A stretch of DNA of 63,587 nt, the filler included, from Cercozoa sp. M6MM (lineage: Eukaryota; Protista; Endomyxa: Ascetosporea): the NCBI GenBank assembly GCA_040357565.1. It is 5 parts of 5 records of this genome, joined end to end, with 100 filler letters (N's around TTAATTAATTAA, not from the genome) between each part and the next. Parts side by side here need not be neighbours in the genome. Positions count along the whole stretch, not along the records: positions 43,134 to 61,754 come from JBDODJ010000230.1; positions 61,855 to 63,587 come from JBDODJ010001939.1; 3 more parts are not named here. One strand, written 5' to 3'. The translations under genes and the position numbers were made by a program. Below are positions 51,780-63,587 of the stretch, in pieces (the stretch's first letter is position 1; each line of letters opens with the position of its first letter). Under the pieces are notes generated by a model. That model saw only the letters and a program-made list of their open reading frames with translations, was not told the origin of the DNA and searched no databases.

Positions 51780-53648
51780 CTACTGCTGCAAGGCAGGGAG
51801 AAGCTTGCCCTCGCAGGTGCCAAAGCCGACGCGGAAGCCGTCGCCCTGCGCGATGCCGGACATGATGACAGTGTCGCCGTCCTTGATCATCTTGCGCTCG
51901 CTGCCGTCGGCGTCCGTGAGCGTCACCGGCTGCACTCGGGAGTGTAGTCCAACAGAGCATGTTTAGGGCGCGAGAGAGAGAGAGAGTACCTTGGTGCCCT
52001 TCCACGAGATCTCGAGCATGGAGCCATAGCTGCCGACATCGGGACTGCTCACACGCACACACAGACATAGATTGTTGAAACCCACAGACACAAAGACACA
52101 GAAAGAGGGCACCCAGAGATAGTGCCGCTGCCAAGCAGATCACCGGCGCGCATCGGACAGCCAGTGCCTGCGTTCAGGGAAGGTAACACAGGGGGTGGGG
52201 GGTAAAGACTCGCATTACTCGCATGGTGCGTCAGCTGCTGCTCGAAGCTCCAGTACAGGTACTTGCAGTTGGTCTTGCACACAGCGTGGCCCGTCGGGCA
52301 GCCCTCTACACACAGGAGGGGGGGGGGGGGTAGAGGGGGTAAAGGTATGAAAGCACGCTGAGTACCAGGCACAATGTCGACCTGCAGATCGATGTCGATG
52401 GCATGCAGCTTGGGATCCTTGAGGTACGGCAGCACCTCCGGCACCTGCGGCTCCGGCTCGGCAAAGAACGGCTCCAGCGCCTCCGTGGTGACCACCCTGT
52501 CCGCGCGGACGCACCACATGACCATACCTTGGACCCGATAATTCCCTGGACAAGCTACCACGGCGAGATCGACGAAGCGAAGTTCTTGCCGTTGAAGGGA
52601 CCAAGCGGCACGTACTCCCACTTCTGAATGTCGCGCGCCGACCAGTCGTTCATCAGCACGAAGCCTGTAAACTGGGATAGGGGGGGGGGGGGGGGGAGGG
52701 TAAAGGGGATAGGCCATACCAAAGATGCGATCGCGAGCCTCGTTGATGTTAATGGGCGTGCCCATCTCGTTCTCGGGACCGCCCACGAAGAAGGCCATCT
52801 CCATCTCAAAGTCGAGCAGACGGCACGCGCCGTACGTCGGCGGGGCCTCCGGGTCCGGACGCAGCTGTCCGCACGGACGACGCACCGGCGTGCCAGAGAC
52901 GACGACGGACGAGGCGCGGCCATGGTAGCCCACCGGGAGGTGCAGCCCTGCTCATTACGGACACAGCAGTATACTGGTGTGATAACACACAGAGGGAGAA
53001 ACGCACAGTTCGGCTGCAGGGCATTGTCCTTGCCACGGAACATGATGCCGACGTTGGTGGCGTGGAAGCGCGACGAGTAAAAGTCCGTGTAGTCGCCGAT
53101 TCGCGCCGGCAGCTGCATCACGGCCTCGCCCATCGGCAGCAGCACCTTGGCCTGCTGCTCCACGTTCGACGCCAGAGAGGACGACTCTGCTTACAGGGGG
53201 AAGTACAGGGGGAAGTACGGGAGAAGGGGTAAAGGGGGAGGGGAGGGGGTGAGGTGGCTAAGACACCAGCCTACCAGCCAGCAGTTGCTGCAGCAACGCG
53301 CGCACCTCGACGCGAGCCGCCTTGCCTGCAGCCATGAAGTCGTTCAGCGTCGTGCTCTTGAACACCTCGGCCGACACGTTCTGCAGACCGGCCAGCAGAC
53401 CCTCGTCAGCACATGCGTGCATGTCGAGCACCTGCAGTCCGCAAAACGCACACCATATCAAACATGAGCACTCTGAGATCAATGCGCCTGTGTCAAATTC
53501 ACACTGATTTGACTTGACCCACCTGATCACCGATGGCGACACCGATGTGCGACTCGCCCTCGCCATTGCGCTTAAACACACCGAACGGCAAGTTCTCGAG
53601 CGGGAACTCGCACTCAGCCGTGTAGGCCACGAAACTCTTCAGCACCAT
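51780..53648 (-). CDS. FAH: Fumarylacetoacetase
   Basis: FPLENLPFGVF, IGDYTDFYSSRFHATNVGIMFRG, GYHGRASSVVVSGTP, LDFEMEMAFFVG, MNDWSARDIQKWEYVPLGPF, GFGTCEGKLLPA. Confidence 0.97.
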
Positions 53649-54319
53649 CTAATTAAAAAAAGCAGATTGCTAAATTTCTTGAGCGCACAAGTCCATATGA
53701 GTTACTACATACCGGTCGTGGATAGTACAACAGTCAGTATTCCAACAGCGTACCAGTTAGATCCGCGCAGAGGGCGATGATTGCAATTTTTGGCATTGTC
53801 TGATTCCAAAGAAGGTTCCGGTGTTTGAGGAGTACAGAACGCGGGTTTGTACTGCCAGATCCGATGCGTTAATCATTTTCTTTGAGCCCGCCCCCCCCCC
53901 CCTCCCTGCAGCCAGTCAGCAGTTGTTGTTTGATCTCTTTAAACAACAACAGCAACTGCTGGCGGCGATAGCAGTGCGACGGTTGTTGTGGTGATCGGGC
54001 CCGATGCCCTCTTTTTAGTGCGTGTGATCAGGACAGATCCAGTGATGGCTCCACCGAAACCGTAAATCAAAAAGAGAACACAGTGCTGTGCTTGAATAAA
54101 TGATCCGCTAGCAAGAGGGTCGCTAGTGCGCTGCATGTGCATATCCACGCGTGGTTTCGTGCACAGGAGGTGAGTACGGACGTGGTAGAGTGACTCGCGG
54201 TCAGTATCATTCCGCTGGCTCGCAGCGACTCAGGAGCCGTACCGAACGCAGGTGTCGGCCAGCATTAACGTGTTCGCGGCGAAAGCCGATTTTAGCCGAG
54301 CACCCGAGCACGAGTGACG

Positions 54320-54406
54320 ATGCAAGGCGTTGGTGTTGTGGGTCCGGGGCAGCGTGCGGCTGGCGATCGTGACTCGTGCAATTCGATCAGCGGTGATGTG
54401 GGTCAC

Positions 54407-54447
<41 letters not shown>

Positions 54448-55320
54448 GCAGCAACAGCAGCGACAAGAAACCACGACAGTTCTAGAAACACTATTGCCAG
54501 AAACGGCAGTGCAAGAAACGCTAGTGGAAGGCGTGGCCGGCGCAGCTACGATCGGCGGCGACGACGACGGCGTCAGCGACGAGGAGACGACGGCCGGCGC
54601 CGCCGGATCGACGACGACGCCGCGTGCACTCGGTATTGCCATCGACGCCAACGGACAGGTCGTGCTGACACCGGCGATTCTTGAGCACCTGTACGCTCTG
54701 CCGACTGCGCAGTTGCGCGAGTATGTACGTTTACCCCCCCCCCCCCCCCCCACCTTGGCCGGGGGGGGGGGGGGGGGGGGCGGCGGGGGGGGGNNNNNNN
54801 NNNNNNNNNNNNNNNNNNNNNNNNNNNNNNNNNNNNNNNNNNNNNNNNNNNNNNNNNNNNNNNNNNNNNNNNNNNNNNNNNNNNNNNNNNNNNGGCCCGA
54901 GAACCAGCTTGGCACCCCATTTCCAAGAGAATCTTCTCGCGACCTCTTCCCATCTTTAGTTTAGCCCCTTCCCCCGTCTCCCCCCCCCCCGCTGGCAGGT
55001 GCAGCAGCACAGTGGTCTGTTGCATGCGTTGGAGCGACAGGCGCAGCTGGAGCAGCAGCATGCGACTGCTGGGTCGGGCGTCGGTGAGGCAGGAGAGCTC
55101 CGCGCGGAGGAGGTGCACACGGAGGAGGTGCACACAGAGGAGGTGCACACGGAGGTCGAGGTCACTCCAGCAGGAGTCAATCCGGTAGAAGTGCGCGCGG
55201 AAGACGAAGAGTTGCTCGGTAGTACGCCACTGGGTGCCGACTCGACAGTGCTGCGCAGTGCGCCGCTGGGCGCGCCGAGTGACATGCTGCAAAAACAACA
55301 ACAACTGCAACAACAGCTGC

Positions 55321-55357
<37 letters not shown>

Positions 55358-55359
55358 GC

Positions 55360-55414
<55 letters not shown>

Positions 55415-55494
55415 GCAACTGCGACATCAAACGTCACCAAGTGATGCCTTGTTGCTGGCCTCGTTGGAACAGTTACAACAACAGCAACAACAGC

Positions 55495-55528
<34 letters not shown>

Positions 55529-58113
55529 GCAACAACAACAACAACAACAATTGAGTGCGCAAGATGTAGCCACACTGCGCGCCAGACTGCAGCAACTCGC
55601 ACAAGTCGACGATAGTCTCTCCTCTGTGGCTATGGTAGTTCTACCCGCACTCTCCCCCACCCCCCAACCCCTCGTTATCTGGATAGGCCACGGCGCGTCA
55701 GTTAACGTCAGAGCAGCGTGAGTGCGTGCAAGCCTTGTGGCCGCGTGTGCTGGCACTGCAAGAGCTGCAGCAGGTAGCTTGTTCCTTACCCCTACCGCCC
55801 TTACCCCTTTACCCCCCTCCCCAGATGCTGGAACAGGACGAAAGCGTGCGGCCGCAGTACGACGCACTGACGCAGGCGATGTTGGTGCAGCTGCAGTCGC
55901 TGGAAGCGCCGGCGCGCGAGGTGCTCACGCTACGCAACCGACTGCAGCAGGTGCGCGTGCAGCGACAGCGCTGCGAGGCACTGCTGCAGCAGCATGGAGC
56001 ACCCCAACCACAGGGTTCACAACAGGGACAACCACAGGGTCTACATGGACAACCACAGGGTCTACATGGACAAAGCAGGCAGGCTGTACAGACTGGTGTA
56101 CAGACAAGTGTACAGACGGGTGTACAGACTGGTGTACAGACGGCCTCGCTGGCGACGGACCTGCCGCAGATGCCGCCCATCACGGCATCGCTGGCTATGG
56201 ACGGCTCCGACGACATTGGCACCTGGCCGCACGTGCTGCGTGTGTTGGCCGCATTGCTGCCGCAGAGTCAGCGCTCGGCGCAGGAACAGCTCTTCGCCAG
56301 TCGCGATGCCGCCTTGCCCGACCTGCCTGGTAGGGACCTTACCCTACCCCTGCCCTCCTACCCTACCCCTACTCACTCCGTAGAACGAGGCCAACTCACT
56401 GTGACGGTGCTGCACGAGGACATGACGTCCAACAGCAGTCTCAGAGTGCGCTACTCGAGCGACGATCTCAGTCACTCGCCCGTGGTCTCGCTCTTCGATG
56501 TCATGTACTACCTGCTTTTCTTTCATCCACTCTTGCTTCTCTTTACCCCCCCCCCTGGCACAGGTCGGTGCTGAAATTGCCGCCGATGGAGCAAAGCGTG
56601 CTGCTGAACCCGGACGAGTTGTACTCGCTGCTGCGGCACACGTCGCCCTCCATGGTGGTGCCGCTGCAGCTGCAGATCTTGCAGGCTATGTTCGAGCAGA
56701 CACATCCAAGTACCGAAACTTCGCTTCTGTGCCACTCTTTTGCTTTTTTACGCTCGTTTTTCTCGTTGTTTTCCTAATTCATACGGCATGTTTTTAGCTT
56801 TGCTTTTTTGATTTTTCGCTTTTTCTTTTGTACTGATGTCTGAGTGAGCTTAGAGGCCTGGATGGCGCCGCTGGCGCGCATTGTGGCGCTCGCCGTTCGT
56901 TTAGAGCACGCTGGAGGCATGAATGCGGTACTTTAAAGTGTATTTTTTGTGCGTCCGCGCTGACGTGTATTTGATCGCAGGTCACAAACTTCATCAACCT
57001 CGTTTTGCTGTATTGTGACACGGCACTGATTCGTCTGGTGGCTGCGTGCATCCAACGCTACCTGAACGTGCTGCAAGTCTACACGAGGACTCAAGTGTGT
57101 CCGTCGCTCGTGTCGAGATTGGCAGCACTGGTGCATCCGGAGCAGTTGCAGCTTTTGCTTCGCGCCGCTTTGCGACAGCAGCTTCTTTCGCGCGGGTACT
57201 TTCTTTCTTCGTGTGCTTTCATTCGTTTCTTTTGATGTCGTTTCTTCAGTGAAAGTTTTGTTTTTGGTGCAGTTTGCCACAGCAACAGCAACAACAAACG
57301 GAACAGCAGCAAATACAGCAGCAGTTGCAGCAGCAACACCAGCATCATCAACAGCAACAGCAACTGGTGGAAAACCAGCAGCTGCAACAACACCAAATAC
57401 ACCCACCACAGCCCACAGTTTCTTACGCACGTGCTCCTGTAAGGCTTCTTTTGTTTTGCTTTTGATCTGGATTCCGAAGACGAACTTTCTGTGGGTGCAA
57501 ACAGCGTCGACCGCGTGCGAAACGACGACGTCGCGAGTACGAAGGTATCCAGAGACCCTTCTTTGTGTGCGTCTTGTTAACATATATATTTGTCTGTATA
57601 TCTTTAGAGATGTAGATATATAATGTTGTATGATAATATTGGTTGTACATGGATACACGCTTACAGAGGAAGACGAAGATGTGGCCGAGGTGGCCCCGCG
57701 ACGTCCGTCAACGCGACGTCCGAAGCGAAAAACTGACGCCGACATGGTGTACTTCCTTGATGGCGATGACGACGTCTTTGAAAGCGTGACGGGAACGGCG
57801 CCCGTGCCAGCTCCGGTGCAGCCACCAAGTGCGACAGAGCCCAGTGCCAACGACGCCGACAGCAGCAACACTGCCGGCAGTGACACTGACGGCAACAGTG
57901 GCGACACTCAGCGAAACAACGAAGGCCCGCCAATGCTGAGTACTCTTGGCCTTTCTTTCCTGCCTTCTCCCCTTGCTTTGCAAACCACTCGCTGCTCCGC
58001 AGGTATACTGCAAGGCGCGCACGCGCGTGCTCTCGAGCGCATACAGAACAGTCATGACAGTCACGACGCGTCCAGGTGAAACGCAACGTCGACGTCGCCG
58101 AACAAAAAGCTGA
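54320..58113 (+). CDS. Large polyglutamine-rich protein of unknown function, spanning a 100-N gap
   Basis: Several polyQ exons, coiled-coil segments, helical segment LLYCDTALIRLVAACIQRYL, basic RRPKRK. Confidence 0.55.
54794..54893. other. Assembly gap (100 N) after a poly-G run
   Basis: N run. Confidence 0.97.
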
Positions 58114-58340
58114 GGTGGATTACCGTCCCACCGCAACCTTAGCGTGTGTGTGTGTGTGTTTGTGCCTGGGCCCGGTCGTTTTCTGACAAAGCAGTCGAAC
58201 TAAACTGCCAGATTCTGGGTTGACGCGATCGGGCCAGTTGTACGTAGTATGCTTGACTTTCGTTTGATTTAATTTCACGTACCCTAGCAATCGCAATACC
58301 ATACTGCTGGTGACACCGGCCGCTGGCGGCGCGGCTTAGG

Positions 58341-59645
58341 CTACTGGTCCTGCATGGACAGCCGGATGGCGAGCGCCAGATCGGCGTCTTCATCAGGAGC
58401 GTGACTAGCCGACGACGCGGACGGATGTGACTGGTGTCCAAGAGAGAGTTGAATCGCGCGCTGCATCTGCTCGTCTTCTGCTTGCCTCCTGCCAAGCACA
58501 TACAGCAGCATCGGTACAGCCATTTTTTTCAGTTCGAAGGAACGGGAAAAGAAAAATCTCTACCTGGAGGCAGAGACATCTTCCTGAGAAGCACGCAGAG
58601 CTGCTTGGAGGTGCGGGTCGTTCAGGTCATCCTCTGGAGCACGTTTCGCTTGTCGCTGCTGTTCCTGTGAGCAGTGAAAGTGCAGAAACAGAAGCAGAAA
58701 AAGTCAACGCGAGAGAATGTGTGAATATTGTACCGAAAGCCGACGTGCTTTCTCCAGTTGCTCTGCACGCGAAACCGTCAAGATCGAAGCACGCGGATGA
58801 TCGGGCACGGGAAACGAAGTGCTGCCCTCCGGAAGTGTTTGCTCAGGTGGCAACTCGCCCTGTAAGAAAAAGTGTCCGCGATACGCTTTTTGACAACAAA
58901 GAGAGGAAGGAAGCCACGCGAACGACAAAGACGTCGTAGCCACTGGACTGCAGTTCATGCAGATAGGCGCCCAAGAAGAAGGTACCGATCGGGCGTGGGG
59001 CCTCATGCATCGAGTTTAAGTCGAACCAACTGCAAGAAGCACGTACAAAAGCCTGTACGTACTTGTTGAGATCCTTACACGTTGTGAACGCGACGAATGC
59101 AGAACCAGTGCGCATGATAGTTCAGCAAGAATGCAGTTTCTGTCGACAAGCATAGAGCAGTTCTAACAAGACTCACTATGGATGAAAACAATGCGAAATA
59201 CCGTTTTCCGGAGCGTCAAGCACTCCGGCAGCTTCGTTGCTGTTGCAGCGAGCAGTGTGGCAATTCACCACTTGCAACGCCTGGTTCAGCACCTGGACCG
59301 AGAAATTGCCCGTTGGATCAACGTTCGCTGTGGTACCGTTGTTGTCACTTCTCGTATCTCCCAGCAGCGCTCTCTCCTGAACAGTTTCAGACACAAACAA
59401 TTCGGGTCTGACACAGAAGCCAGAAGAAACGCACGTGCCGATCAATCTGCAACGCGATTTCGCCCAGGTCAATCTCGCTGAACATCGGTGTTTGCAACAG
59501 GTTGTTTAAGCAGTGCACACCGCACAACATGCCTTCTTGTCTACAACGAGCTCACGTTGGCACTCAAGTTTACCACAGCCAGAACAACGAATGACACAGG
59601 AATTGCAAACCGTTCGAAATAGACCAAGCGTCTGTCTTCGGCCAT
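58341..59645 (-). CDS. ATXN3: Ataxin-3-like Josephin deubiquitinase with C-terminal UIMs
   Basis: VYFER.QEGMLCGVHCLNNLLQ, NVDPTGNFSVQVL, HWFCIRRV, WFDLNSM, GYDVFVVR; UIMs EDEQMQRAIQLSL and DEDADLALAIRLSM. Confidence 0.93.
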
Positions 59646-59830
59646 CTTCGTCCCGAATTATAAGCTCCGAGTAATTTCAAGTCGTTTAGATCACTTTAGA
59701 TGTCTCAGACGCGAGAAAAGGCAAGCCAAAAAGTATGATTAGAATTAGTAGCCACCCGCCCTGTACAGAAATCGCGTTGCTGCGTGGGCTGTGGTGCTTA
59801 TTAGGAAATGATCGCTCTGCAGTAGGTAGA

Positions 59831-61750
59831 ATGAACAGCGAGCACACTCGGAGGCGAGCCAGACTCAATCGTTGGGACAGGCGGCGCAGCGTTGAAATCG
59901 GCGAGCAGATTTCTCCGCGGGAGGTCGATCTGCCTCGCTCTTCGTCGCGTGCCACCGGTCGCCTCTTGTCGTTCCGGCGTTTCTTCGACGAGGACGACAA
60001 CAAGCCGGTGCCAAGCTCTCGTTCAAGCAGTCGCAGCACGTCGCGGTACGACGAGCACGAGGTAAACCCCGACCACCACAGCACGAGACGAAGCACCGGC
60101 GAAATCCGACGAAGCCGTCACGAAATCAGGCGAAACAACGACGAAATCAAGCGAAATGATAACGAAATTAGGCGAAGCAACGAAATCAGGCGAAGCAGCG
60201 ACGGAATCAGGCGAAGCAGCGACGAAGTGAGACGAAGCAGCCACGAAATGAGACGAAATTCACGCTTGAGCTCGCCGCAGGTCGAAACTGAGTCCGAACG
60301 AAGCGAAGCAATGTCGCTTAGTGATCGCGTCGACCGTCTGTTGGCTCGAAGACGAAAGCTTCGCAAAGCGCACCCGTTGTCGCCGATGAGCAGCTCGAGC
60401 GATTTCGATCTGACCGGCGATGCGAGCTTCCGCGCGGACATGTCGATCGGTGATACACGCGATATCTTTGACGACACCACCGATGCCCTTGTTCTCGACT
60501 CGCCCGTATTCTCGCCGTTTTCGCCTGCTGCGGCGAAGCGACGGCACTCGCGACGCGACACTCACTCCAGTCAGAGCGAAACTCGGCGAAAGCTGCGCGA
60601 AAGCGAAGCGCGAAAGCTGCGCGAAAGCGAAACTCGGCGAAAGCAGCTCGAAAGCGACGACGAAAGCGTCGCACAGGTGAGTGATCGCATGCGCACGCGA
60701 CTGGCCGAAGCGAGAATTCGCGCGTCAAAGCTCCAGCGTGCGCTTCGTCGCGCCGAAGTTGCGAAAGCAGCGCTGCGCGAGCAACTCGAGCAGCGCTTCG
60801 ACACTGCCGCCAGTCTCAGCAAGCAACTTCACAATCGCGGCGAGCACCGCTCGCGACAGCAAAGCAAATTGCTCGAAGTGACGCAAAGCGCGTTGACTCA
60901 ACTCGAGCGACGCGTGCTTTCGCTTTCTTCGCTGATTCCGGCTGCTTCGAAACTTGCGTATTCGTGTTTTCTTTGCTTTTCACTTTGCTTATCGTAGCTG
61001 AAGCTTTGCAGGAAGCAAGTTCGCGAGTTGCGACGTGAGTTGTCGAGCGAGCAAGCGCGAACGAAGCGAAGCGCAGTGCAGGTGCACGAACTGGCTTCGC
61101 GATGTGAAGCACTCGTTTGCGATCGCGACGAGTTGAAGCTTCACGTGGCGAAACTCGAGCGAGAGCGAAGCGAGCAACAGCAGCAGCAGCAACAACAACA
61201 GCAGCGACACGAGCAGCACGAACAGCAACTCGAAGCTCAGTTGCGACAACTCGAAAAACAGATTCATCAGGCCAAGCTGCTGCGACGCAAGCAAGCACAG
61301 GAAAGTGCGGCGCAGAAGGAAGCATTGGGCCAGCTCGCCAAACACGTCGCCAAGGAGCGCGACGCTGCCTTGGATCGCCTGATTTCAGAGGTGAAGCTTC
61401 GCGCAGCTTTGTTCAAAAAGATTGTCTCGCAGTTTTTGCATAGCTTTTTCGCAAAGCGCTTTGGCAAAGCTTTTTCGCATAGCTTTTTTTGACAAAGCTT
61501 TTTTCGCAAAGCCTTTTTGTGGTTGTCAGCGGAAGAAACGCAACACGTGGCGGTCCGACCTGAGGCACCGAATACAGGAGTACATGCACCTGCAGCAGCA
61601 GTACGCCGGTGCAGTTGCGACGCGACTCGGCGTGCTCGAGAAACGAATCGACAGTGTTCGAAAACTGCGACATGGCGTCTCGAGACGCTTGCAGGAGCGC
61701 AAGTGGTACTTGCCCCCCCCCCCTCTCGTTACCCCACCTACCCCCCCCCC
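59831..61750 (+). CDS. Uncharacterised Arg/Ser-rich and coiled-coil protein (3' truncated)
   Basis: 420-aa ORF with 7-aa EIRRS repeats, followed by coiled-coil exons. Confidence 0.6.
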
Positions 61751-61754
61751 CCCC

Positions 61755-61854
61755 NNNNNNNNNNNNNNNNNNNNNNNNNNNNNNNNNNNNNNNNNNNNTT
61801 AATTAATTAANNNNNNNNNNNNNNNNNNNNNNNNNNNNNNNNNNNNNNNNNNNN
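61755..61854. other. Artificial contig linker
   Basis: N44-TTAATTAATTAA-N44. Confidence 0.97.
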
Positions 61855-61918
<64 letters not shown>

Positions 61919-61924
61919 TAGACA

Positions 61925-62660
61925 ATACAATGGGTGAGGCGTCCTTTCCACGGACAATGTTCCGCAATTCCGTCAGCGGCATTGTCCAGAACAGCAGCAG
62001 GAAGAACTGCAGCAGACCCAATAAAATATGTGAGTCTGTATGCTGCCGAGTATATCAAAGGTACAATGGATGTGCAGCCAAACAGAAGTTTGCGCGCATC
62101 CTCGTCGCCGTCGTCCAGCAGCGTGGCACCCATTTGGATGCCTGTGATGACGACCAGACTGAACACTGTTCGCGATACACAAGGCATGACCACAAAACGT
62201 CTCTGTGTATCTGATAATCTGAGGCACCCATGACTCCGCGAATGCGTTGTCGCTGTTGTCGCGAGGCAATGTCCATCAACGAGAGCATGTAGTACGTACC
62301 CATGCACTGAACAGACAGCACAGCAATCTGCGTACCGCACACCATTTGACTACGGACGGTGCAGTGAATGTACCAAGCCTGGCCAGTTGGCAGCGAACAC
62401 GTACCAGTCCTCAAGCGCGACACCGTAGGCAATCCACGCCTATATCGAATAAAAATAAGACAGAACGGTAAAGATATGAACACTAATCAGCAATTCAGCA
62501 CCAGGCAATTCGACAGGATCAGAACAAATGGCAGTGGATTCAGTCCGCCCAGATCGCGTGTTCTTGTCGCCTTCCTGACGTCCTTCATTGGTGCCAGGAA
62601 CAGAAAGAACGCCAGCACGGCACCTGCCGCCGGAGCGACATGCTCCATGAAGACCCCCAT
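61925..62660 (-). CDS. SWEET/MtN3-family sugar transporter, 5' part (3' truncated)
   Basis: GAVLAFFLFLAPMKDVRKA..DLGGLNPLPF..NC, WIAYG, VFAANWPG, second repeat MPLTELRNIVRGKDAS. Confidence 0.88.
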
Positions 62661-63084
62661 GCTTGTGTGTGCTGAATTGACAAAAACACTCTCGCGAACC
62701 ACTCGGGTCGGGACAATGATTGAATGATGCCTCACCAACAAAGGCGCGACAGTGAAATAGTGCTACAGCTGCACAATGATAGGAACACTGCCGTGCACAC
62801 ACAAGCGAGTCGTTAAAAGATGCAGAAAGTCGTTTATTGGCTGGGGTGGTCGCTGATCGACTTTTGGTTGTTTACCAGTGAAAAGAGCTAAACGAAAGAA
62901 GTAAGAAGTCAGGCGTCGTAGACGGAGTCGTCCGTCACGGTTTTGATTCAACGATACGATAGCGGAGACTGCATCACTGTACCGTCCTTAACCTTCAGAT
63001 GAACCGGAGTCATCAACTGAAGTCCTCACAACCCACCCCGTCCTAGAAGACTCAACTAACTAACTCATCAAGTCCCCAGAGTCA

Positions 63085-63506
63085 CTAGAGCTCGTCGTGC
63101 AACTGGTCTTCCTCAAAGTCGGCCTGTCAGCGCGGAACAACGAGGAATACCAGTCAGTCAAACCGAATGAGAAACTTAAGCACTGCTACCAGGTCGTCGA
63201 ACTGTTCTTCGGCGACGTCGCTTTCGAACGTGTCTCGCAACGGGACAAAGAAACCCTCCTGCAGCAGACAATCGGTACGAGTCTAGTGGGGCAAACAAAA
63301 AATACTGCAGCTACAGAGGGATGGTACATTGGTCAGCCAGACGTCCTTGCTGCGCCGTGTGGCCGCCACCTCAAGCTACATTAAAGGGGTGCGGTACACA
63401 ACATCGGCCAGTAGACACAGGGTGTACCTGGCCATTAATGGGACAGTTGGGACAGTTGCGATTGTTGTAGTTGTTCCGCTTGTTGGTCCTGTACAGTACT
63501 CTCCTC

Positions 63507-63510
<4 letters not shown>
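63085..63510 (-). CDS. 3' exons of an ER-lumenal protein ending in HDEL
   Basis: Last exon reads ADFEEDQLHDEL-TAG after an ag acceptor. Confidence 0.65.

Positions 63511-63587
<77 letters not shown>

Noticed and set aside
18844-61854. Four identical TTAATTAATTAA palindromes flanked by Ns
   Set aside because: Assembly linkers; gene adjacency across them is not biological evidence

Overview
Intron-rich eukaryotic (protist-type) genomic DNA with GT-AG introns and an apparently standard code. The window is five contigs joined by artificial N44-TTAATTAATTAA-N44 linkers, plus one 100-N gap. Recognisable genes after manual splicing: PARP-type ADP-ribosyltransferase, M64 metallopeptidase, PHD/polyQ protein, CaMK-type kinase, TOM1-like VHS-GAT protein, TGS1-like cap methyltransferase, V-ATPase A (3' part), UBA3, CHMP7, a PDZ protein, FAH, ataxin-3 and a SWEET transporter. 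The most striking item is a roughly 50-exon minus-strand gene (about 20.9-29.7 kb). It splices in frame into two TM-dCache-TM sensor modules, each with a near-complete amino-acid-binding motif, fused to a two-pore channel with charge-poor S4 segments: a candidate ligand-gated TPC. Also present: a secreted, probably GPI-anchored protein with three copies of an unrecognised 8-Cys module; a decayed, intron-containing Merlin (IS1595-like) transposon with a 9-bp TSD; a 221-bp MITE with 30-bp TIRs and an 8-bp TSD; and a roughly 22-bp-periodic palindromic array. All gene models are by-eye reconstructions; no database searches were run.
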